This document shows positions 36,765-45,400 of a stretch of 53,761 nt of DNA, one piece after another. Every line of letters starts with the position of its first letter. Position 1 is the stretch's first letter. The translations under genes were made by a program, and so were the position numbers. The notes beneath the pieces were generated by a model, which saw only the letters and a list, made by a program, of their open reading frames with translations, was not told the DNA's origin and did no database searches. The stretch is from Pirellulales bacterium (GTDB taxonomy: Bacteria > Planctomycetota > Planctomycetia > Pirellulales > UBA1268). The stretch lies in contig JBIIFB010000003.1 of the NCBI GenBank assembly GCA_044237545.1, forward strand, positions 1 through 53,761, read 5' to 3'.

Positions 36765-36852
36765 GCCTCTGGGCGTCTGGCTCGCCGCTCATTCAGCGCC
36801 CGTTCTCCTGATAAACTGGGCAATGGTCACGATCCAAGGCTCCTCGAAGCAA

Positions 36853-37320
36853 ATGCGTTACCTCCAAAGACCGTTCCAGATAAAGAACCCTTTCACTGTC
36901 ACATTCCTGCTGTGCCTGATCCTCATGGCCGGTTGCGGTAAACCGCAATTCCCACTGGGACAGGTGCGTGGCAGGTTGACGCTTGACGGCCAGCCAGTGG
37001 TCAACGCGAAAATATGGTTGAGACCGGTTGCCGGTGGGCGACCGTCATTCGGTGAGAGCGACAAAACGGGCTCTTACTCAATGCGATACAACGCCGGACG
37101 CATGGGCGCACTTCCGGGCGAGCACATCGTTACAATGTCTACATTTCAGGAAGCATATGAGCCGGACGAAGGTGCTGACGACGGCAAAGACGTCACGGTT
37201 AAGAAGAGCACCCCTGGGCGAGCCGAAGAAATACCTACAAAGTACTTTGAGAGCCGGATGAAGGTCACTGTGCGAGAGGGAGTGAACACCATCGACCTGC
37301 GCCTTGATTCAAAAAAATGA
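36853..37320 (+). CDS. Lipoprotein with carboxypeptidase-regulatory-like domain (DUF1559 partner)
   Basis: Lipobox LMAGC; VRGRLTLDGQPV, GRPSFGESDKTGSY, GALPGEHIV, IPTKY, GVNTIDLRL. Confidence 0.88.
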   Translation: MRYLQRPFQIKNPFTVTFLLCLILMAGCGKPQFPLGQVRGRLTLDGQPVVNAKIWLRPVAGGRPSFGESDKTGSYSMRYNAGRMGALPGEHIVTMSTFQEAYEPDEGADDGKDVTVKKSTPGRAEEIPTKYFESRMKVTVREGVNTIDLRLDSKK

Positions 37321-37539
37321 GGTTGTCAGCACAGTTGTCAGCTGCAACTTGCAGCCCACGCGGTCCTTGTCCTTTCGAAGAATCTGAGTGGATGACAGGG
37401 ACTTGTTCCTTGGCTGGCTTGCTCTCACCGGCAAACAGGGGCTATATCGCAGTTGACTGCGGCGTTTCAAGGACAAGTGGGCGGCCCACACGATGGCGCT
37501 TACCGCATCGACAGCCTGGGGTAACTGGGAGCCGAGGCA

Positions 37540-37831
37540 GTCCCATCGCTTACGCTCCGGGCTTGTATGCACGCTCCCAATACAAGCCCCCGGCGTGAGC
37601 CGGGGGATCGGGAGCAAGGAATCCCGTCGCTTACGCTCAGGGCTTGTATAAAGCTTGAAGGTAAGGAATCCCGTCGCTCACGCTCAGGGCTTGTATGAAG
37701 CTTGGAGGCAAGGAATTCTGTCGCTTACGCTCAGGGCTTGTATGAAGCTTGGAGGCGGGGAATCCCGTCGCTTGCGCCGGGGGCTTGCATGGGGGGCGTT
37801 CATCGAAGCCCGGAGCGTGAGCGATGGGACT
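37540..37831. repeat. REP cluster 3: a doublet and a four-unit 47-bp tandem array
   Basis: Units begin GGAAT at 37618, 37665, 37712 and 37759 (period 47); further units at 37540, 37580 and 37801. Confidence 0.92.
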
Positions 37832-39173
37832 CCGCAGCCTCGGCTGCCTCGGCGATCGCGACGCTCACCCGCTCGAGAAACAGACCGGCACCGCGTCGCG
37901 GATCATCGTGTGCTGAACAGAGGCAGCAGAGTGCGAGCCGGCCGGCATACGTCGTCGCGCCAAGCGACGCCCTGGTCCAGGGCCGCAGTGGAGGCACGCC
38001 GATGCACCGCTCGATGACGACGTCCCCGGCCACGTCGCAGCCATCACGTTTCGGGAGTCCCGTCCGCATCCGCCGGGCCGGGTCGCCGACGTTGCTGACC
38101 ACGGCCGTCGAGAGGCAACCGGGGATCCGGGTCGCCAGCCAGAGCAGGCCCGGCCAGCGGCCGAGCAGGTCGAGCGTGTCGAGAAAGCCGCGGGCGGCAT
38201 CGTGCTCGAGAATCCAATCGGTAGCCGCGGCGATCGACCTGGTCAGCGGCCCCGGGGCAGCGCAGGCCGCTGCCGTTCGGTCGAGGAACGCATAGGCCAT
38301 CGCGTTGCGGGCCGGTTCCCGCGTGGCGGGAGACCGCATGCTCACCGGCACGGTGATCCGGACGTTGCCTGGCCGGCCCGAGGCCGAGGTGTTCCAGTCC
38401 ACGGCCGCCCGCATCACGGCGGCGACGACCAGGTCGTTGAGGGAGCCTCCGAGGGCCGCCGCCGCAGCCCGCAGGGCGTCGGTCTGTGCCGTGTCGAACT
38501 CGACCCAGGCATAGGGAGGACGACCGGCGTCGTCGGGATCGCGCTGGACGACGGGGCCGTGCAGGCGGGCCAAGGCCGTCGGTCGGAACCGGGCGAACTC
38601 CCAGGCTTCCGCGAGGCCGCTCCGCCGGGACGTTGTGGCCATGGCCGACGCCGCCGGCGGGGTGGCGGCTGACCGACGCCCGCTCTGGCCCGAAGTCCGG
38701 CCGGTGAAGGGGCGCGGCGAACCGCCGCCATAGATGGCCCAGATGTCGCCGGCCACCTCGAGCGCGGCCACTCCGTCGCAGGTCGAGTGGTGGAAGATCA
38801 TCACCACGCGCCGCCGATCCGGGCCCTCGGAAAGCACGACACACCGCAGGCCGCTCTCCCTGCGGAGATCGAATGGAGCCCACGGAGAGGGAGCTGATGG
38901 GGCGGGGTGCCAGACGACGGTCGGCTCCACGGCCGAGGCGATCCAACGGGGTGTCCCACGGTGGTAGGTGAGCAGGCTTGTGAGACGGGGATGCCGCCGC
39001 GCGGCCGCCGCGATCGCCGACCGGAGTCGATCCTCCCGCAGCGGTCCGGCGACCTGAAATTCGATGAAAAAACGCATCGGCTGCCGGGGCCTGTCATCGG
39101 CCAGCAGCAGCCGTTCGAACGGGTCGAACGGGCGGGGGACGGACTCACCGGCGGTCGTCAGGGCATCTTTCAT
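37800..39173 (-). CDS. Stand-alone condensation/CoA-dependent acyltransferase superfamily protein (PapA5/wax-ester-synthase-like)
   Basis: RHPRL, FDLRRE, catalytic-type HHSTCDG, SLNDLVVAA, VPVSMR, VSNVG; divergent from the PKS. Start approximate. Confidence 0.82.
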   Translation of the reverse strand: MKDALTTAGESVPRPFDPFERLLLADDRPRQPMRFFIEFQVAGPLREDRLRSAIAAAARRHPRLTSLLTYHRGTPRWIASAVEPTVVWHPAPSAPSPWAPFDLRRESGLRCVVLSEGPDRRRVVMIFHHSTCDGVAALEVAGDIWAIYGGGSPRPFTGRTSGQSGRRSAATPPAASAMATTSRRSGLAEAWEFARFRPTALARLHGPVVQRDPDDAGRPPYAWVEFDTAQTDALRAAAAALGGSLNDLVVAAVMRAAVDWNTSASGRPGNVRITVPVSMRSPATREPARNAMAYAFLDRTAAACAAPGPLTRSIAAATDWILEHDAARGFLDTLDLLGRWPGLLWLATRIPGCLSTAVVSNVGDPARRMRTGLPKRDGCDVAGDVVIERCIGVPPLRPWTRASLGATTYAGRLALCCLCSAHDDPRRGAGLFLERVSVAIAEAAEAAESHRSRSGLR

Positions 39174-39497
39174 GACTTGCCCGACGATACCTCGGCCCAG
39201 GCCGGAGAACGAATTGGCGGGAAATAAGTGCCCCGCGACGGCATAAATTACGCAGATTCCCCCGTTTGACACCATTTTCCCTCGGCGCATACTTCTCACT
39301 CAATTCTTCGAGCCGCAGCGACCACCTGCGGTCCGGTATCTCCCAGGGATGGGGTGTTTTCGCCAGGGCGAAGTGACTCGCTTGAAGCCATTCCATACCC
39401 CCACCCTACCTGCCGGCCACGGTCGCTCCGTCGCCGCACGCCGGCGCCTGCTGCTGCCGGGTCTAGGCAGATTCTCGAGAGAACAAGGACGACGTAC

Positions 39498-42400
39498 GTG
39501 AAGGAACCGCTTGCCATTGTCGGCATCGCTTGCAGGCTCCCGGGTGCTGACGGCATCGATGCATTCTGGGACCTCGTGGTCCGGGGCCGCACGGCCTGGG
39601 GACCGCTCCCGGAAGCGCGGTTCTCCCGCGAACTCTACTTTCATCCCGAGAAGAGCCGGCTGGGCAAGAGTTACTCAGAGATGGGCGCGGTCGTGCCCGA
39701 CCGTCCGGTCGATCCGACGGCCTGTCCGATCACGCCGGCGCTGCTCGAAAAGTATGACGTCGCCCACCACATCTTTCTCGAGGTGGCATCGCAGGCCTGC
39801 CGCGACGCAGGCCTCGATCCCTTCGCGATGCCCGGCGATCGACGCACCGGTGTTTACGTCGGCCATACCGGCGGCAGTACCAAGATCGGCGATATCGTCT
39901 ACGCGACGGGCATCGACGAGACCGCGACCTTCCTGTCGGAAGTGGATGCGGCGCGGGTGCTCCTTGGGGACGACGTTGAGGCGGTGGCAGCGGAACTGAC
40001 GGAGGCCGTGCGACGTCGGTACCCGGGCCGCCGACCGGGCCAGTCGCTCGATCTCGGGGCGCTCGGCGCCGCCAAGATCGTCCAGGAGGCGATGAAGCTC
40101 GACGGACCGTTCCTCGTGGTGGACGCGGCGTGCGCTTCGTCGCTGCAGGCGATGGCGATCGCTGCACGGTCGTTGCTGCAGGGGGGCATCGACCAGGCCA
40201 TCGTCGGTGGCGCCTCCTACTGCAAATCTGACAGTCTGGTGCTCTTCTCCGCGGCGCAGTCGGTGAGCAACGCCGGCTCCTGTCCCTTCGGCCAGGCGGC
40301 AGATGGCCTGATCACCGCCGAGGGCTACGTCGCGATCGTGATCAAGACGCTCTCCCGGGCGGTCGCTGATGGCGACCGGATCCGGGCGGTGATCCGCGGC
40401 CTGGGCGTCGCCAGCGATGGCAAGGGAAAGAGCCTGTGGGCGCCCCGGCAGGAGGGCCAGATCCTCGCGGTCGAACGTGCCTATCCCGATCTCGCCGATC
40501 TGTCCCGGCTCGAGTACATCGAGGCCCACGCCACGAGCACGCAGGTTGGCGATGCCACGGAACTCGGCGCCCTCTCCGCGCTGATGCGGAAGCACCTGCC
40601 GCCGGGTCGGCAGGTCCCGATCGGCAGCGTGAAGGCGAATATCGGCCACACGCTCGAGACGGCGGGGATCGCCAGTCTCGTGAAGGTCGTCCTCGCCATG
40701 GACCACGGCATGATTCCGCCCGGCTCCACATGTGACGAGCTCAATCAGGAGTTCGACTGGGCGGACGGCCCCTTTACGGTGCCGCGGCAGGCGGTCGCCT
40801 GGCCTGCGCACGCCGACGGCTCTCCACGCTGCGCCGCGGTCAACGCCTTCGGCATCGGGGGCCTGAACGTCCATGTCGCCCTGTTCGAGCATCTGCCGAC
40901 GCCCGCGGCCGTGCGGCCGGCCCGTGCCGTGGCCACCGAGGCTGATGCGATCGCGGTGGTGGGCGCCGGCTGCGTGTTGCCCGGTGCCCTCTCGCTCGAT
41001 GCCTTCGTCGATCTGCTCGGCCGGGGAGAGACCGCCATCGGTCCGGTGCCCGGCGACCGCTGGACCGCAGTCCGCGTGCTCGACACGACGCGGCCGAGAA
41101 CCTGGCACACCGCATCGGGCATCGGCGGCTTCGTCCGTGACTTCGCGTACGACTGGCGCCGGCACAAGGTGCCGCCCAAGCAGATCGCCGCCGCCAACCC
41201 GCTGCAGTTCATGCTGCTCGAGGCGGCCGACGCCGCCATCGCCGACGCCGGCGGGCCGCAGGCCGGCCTCGATCGCCGGCGGACCGGCGTCGTCGTGGGC
41301 ACCCTCTTCGGTGGCGACTTCGCCAACCAACTTCAGATGGGCCTGCGGCTCCCGGAGACCGGTCTCATCCTGCGGGCGGCGCTGGCCCGCCGCGGTGTCT
41401 CCCCGGCCGACGTCGAACGGATCGTGTCGCTGTATGAAAAGAAGCTACTGGAAAAGATGCCGGCACTCGTCGACGAGACCGGCAGCTTCACGAGCAGCAC
41501 GCTGGCCAGCCGGCTCACGAAGACCTTCGATCTGATGGGTGGAGCCCTGGCCCTCGACGCGGGGGACTGCTCGAGCCTGGCGGCGATCGCCGCCGCGGTG
41601 GACATGCTCCGCGAGCGGTCGTGCGACGCCGTGCTCTGTGCCGCCGGTGAGCGGTGCATGGATCTGATGGCCTACGAGGGGCGGTCGCTCGGGGGCTTCC
41701 TCTCTGACAATCCCATCTCGGTGCTCGACGGCAAAACCCGCGGCGGCGACGTGCCCGGCGAGGGCGCCGTGGTGTTCGTGCTCAAACGGCTCGCCGACGC
41801 GCAGGCGGCCGGCAATCGGATTCGCGGCGTGATCCGCGGGGTCTGCGTGGGCTCGGGGCAGACCCGTGCCGAGGCGACGCGGCGGGTCGTCCGTGAGGCG
41901 GTCGAGCGTTCCGGACTCGTGCCGACGGCCGTGATGGCGGTCGAGGTCGCCGTGGCGGGAGGCCATGCCAAGAGCGGCGAAGAACTCGTGGTGCTCGGCG
42001 GCCACTACGCCCAGCAGCGCGGCCCCGCCGAGCAGCCGCCGGTGGTGGGCTCGCTCGATGGGCAGATCGGACACGCCGGCGCAGCGGCGGGCGCGGCGGC
42101 CGTCGCGAAACTCTGCCTGGCACTCGGGCAGGGCTCGATGCCGCCGACGGTGGCGCTGGCCACCGGAGCCGTCGAGCCGCAGGGGCTGCGAGCCGCGGCA
42201 GCGTCGCTCCCGATCGGCACCTTCGATCAGTCGGGCTACCGGGCAGGCAGCGTGACCGTCATCCAGGAGCGGCAGGTCGGCCATTTGGTGCTCGACAACG
42301 GCCTCCCCGTGCCGGCCGCCGCCCAGGCTGGAAACCGACCGCAGGTGGCTGCGCGGCCGGCCGGCCGGCAGGCCGATGTGGCGGAACGGCCGCTGATCGC

Positions 42401-45400
42401 GGCTCTGTTCCCCGGCCAGGGATCGCAATACACCGACATGTTTCGCGGGCTCGTCGAGGAGTCGGCCGAAGCACGGGACTGTCTTGCCCGGCTCGATACG
42501 TTCGCCCGCGAGGCGGGCTGCGAGACGCTGGCGGAGATCGCCTGGCGGCCGGTCAACGGGCTGGGCACGAAGATCTGGGACACGCAGTGGGCGATGTACC
42601 TTGGGGACCTCTTTGCCTGGGACATGCTGCGTGGGATGGGCTTCACGCCCGACTGTATCGCCAGCCACAGCTTTGGAGAGTTTCCGTCACTCGTGGCAGC
42701 GGCCGCCTGGACGATGGCCGACGGGGTGATCGCGACCCGGGCCCGTGCCGAGGCGGTTGAACAGTTCGGCCCGCGAGACGGCGCCATGCTTTCGATCATC
42801 GCCGACCGGGCGACCGTGCAGGCGGCGGTCGCGCCGTTCGCCGGCCATGTCTGGATCTGCGCGGAGAATGCGCCGGAGCAGTTCGTGGTGGGCGGAACCG
42901 TCCGCATGGTCGATGCCGTCGAGGCCGTCCTGGAAGCCGGCCGCATCCACTCGAAGCGACTCGCCGTTCCCAGTCCGTTCCACACGCCGCTGCTCGAGCC
43001 GGCGGCGGGCCGGTTGGCCCACGAGATCGCCAGACTCGCCATCCAGCCGCCGCGGATCACGACGTACGGCAGCACCAGCGCGGAACGCCTTGCGTCTACG
43101 GCCGACGTGCGGTCGAGCCTGGTCCGGCAGATGTCGGAGACCGTTCGCTGGATCGATACGGTGGAGCATCTCTACGCCGCCGGCGTGCGGACGTTCGTCG
43201 AGGTCGGGCCGTCGGGCGTCCTCTGCGGGCTGTCGCGGCGGATTCTCAAAGGCCGCACCGACGTGACGTTCGTGCAGTTTGACCAGCGTGGCAAGAGCCC
43301 GCGGGAGCACCTGGCCAGACTGCGTGAGCAACTCGCCGCGGCCGGTGCGTCTGCATCCGGAGGCCGTCCGGCGACCGTGTCCCCGCGGGCGCAGACCGTC
43401 TCCAGATCGGCTGACGCGGCGCCTGTTCCGATGACGGCGGAAGCCCCCCCGGGGCGGATCATCCGCTTCGACGCGACGGCGCGGCGCCGCGAACGCAACC
43501 GCAATGCCGGGGAACAGTCGGGTGCGACCAACGGATCCGCAGCGGTGCCGGCAGTCGCGACGTCGACAGTCCGTGCGACGCCGGGCGGCAATGGCTCCGG
43601 GCCCATGAATAGCACTCCCCGCGCTGACGACGGCGACCATGCCATCGGAGCGACTTCGAAGAACGGCAGTGCCCCTGCGGCCAGGTCGGCGGGTGAGCCA
43701 GTGGCGGCCGCCGGCGGCCGCCTGTCGAACAACCTGTCGGCTACGCTGGCGACCACCCTGGCGGGATCGAACGGAGCCGCCCTCCTCGACCGGGCCGTCG
43801 TGCCGAGCCGTCATGCAGCCGAGCCGCTGCCGACGCCCGGGGCCGGCACGAACAGCCTCGAAGAGCTTGTCAGGCAACTCGTGGCGGAGGCGGGTGTCAG
43901 CCTGCCGCTCGGTCGCCTCGGCGAGCAGACCCCGGCCGTCAGCGGCTTCCTCGACAGCATCTCGCACCTCTTCGAGCCGGCGGCGACCGATCGATCGGCG
44001 GTTCTGGCGGCTGGTTCTCTCGCCGATCTCTGCAGCGTGCTGGGGCGGGCGGGCGGCAAGGCGCGGTGGCTGCTGAGTCAGTCGGCGGCGGAGCAGCCCA
44101 ACGCCGACGGGATCGAGACGTTCCTGATCGACTTCGTCGTGGAGCAGACGGGCTATCCGCGTGAGATCGTAGAACTCGACGCCGACCTGGAGGCAGACCT
44201 CGGAATCGACAGCATCCGCAAGGCTCAGCTCTTCGGCGAGATCGGCCAGCGGTATGGGCTGACGGCGGATGCGAGCCTGTCGCTCGACGACTTCACGACG
44301 CTACGGCATCTGCTCGACTACATTCTGCCGCGGGTCGGCGGTCGGGCACACGCTGCCGGTGCAGCGACACCGGCGCACGCCGAGCCGGCCCGCGATGCGA
44401 CGGCTGCTGCGTCTGCCGCGGCGCCGGCCGTTGCGTCTGCTGCTGCGCCGGCCGTGGCGCCGGCCGCTACCGCGGGACGTGCCGCGGAACTCGAGACGTT
44501 CCTGATCGACTTCGTTGTAGAGCAGACGGGCTATCCGCGTGAGATCGTGGAGCTCGACGCCGACCTGGAGGCAGACCTCGGAATCGACAGCATCCGTAAG
44601 GCCCAACTCTTCGGCGAGATTGGCCAGCGGTATGGGCTGACGGCGGATGCGAGCCTGTCGCTCGACGACTTCACGACGCTGCGGCACCTGCTCGACTACA
44701 TCCTGCCGCGGGTCGGGGCCTCGGCCGCGCCTGCCTCGACCGCGCCTTCCTCGACGGGGGTAGCCTTCGAGCCGCCGATCAGCGCCGCCACGGCCGCCGC
44801 CACCGACCGCGGCCGACGGCTGGGCCGGGATCATGCCGAGGCGATCCGCCTCTGGGCCCGGCAGTTCTCCGCCGCCCCGCCACGGTCCGTGCCGGCCCTC
44901 ACCGACCCGGTCGTCATGGCTGAACTATCCGCCATCGCCGACGCAGTGGGAATCGACGAGGCGATCGTTCGGGCCGCATACCACGATCCTGCGCGGGCCC
45001 TCGGCGGCTGTGCGGCGATCGTCGTCGCACCGCGCAAGGCCGACACAGCCCGCGGCCTGCTGGCCTGTTTCGGCCGGGGGGCCGATCCCGACGTCCGCTC
45101 CTTCGAAGTCGCGGGGCTGCGGGCCACGCTCGTGGGCGTGAAGGGATTGCCCGGCGCCATTCTGGGCTGGAACGACGCCGGACTCCTGGCACTGGCCGAC
45201 CCGCACGCCGGAGCGGCGGCGGCCACGGTCGAGGTGATCGTCACAACCTGCCGCTCGGCGGCCGAGGCGGGCCGCTTGATCGCGACGCTCGACCCGATCC
45301 CCGTGGGGCTCATGGTGGCCGATCTCGAAGAGGGCGGGCAGGCGGTGTCCGCGTCTGGAACGCTCGTTCCCGAACAGTCGGTCGTGATGCGGCTTGAGCC

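Noticed and set aside
37618-37805. 47-bp periodic array as a CRISPR array
   Set aside because: The inter-repeat segments are short and nearly identical rather than unique spacers, the same unit occurs inverted and dispersed elsewhere, and no cas genes are present.
37800-39173. NRPS module
   Set aside because: HHxxxDG is present but there is no adenylation or PCP domain in the window; a stand-alone acyltransferase fits better.
39354-39497. N-terminal extension of the PKS (and similar extensions at 7718, 16112, 26111, 32923, 36508)
   Set aside because: Downstream starts have RBSs or stop/start overlaps and coincide with domain or signal-peptide starts.
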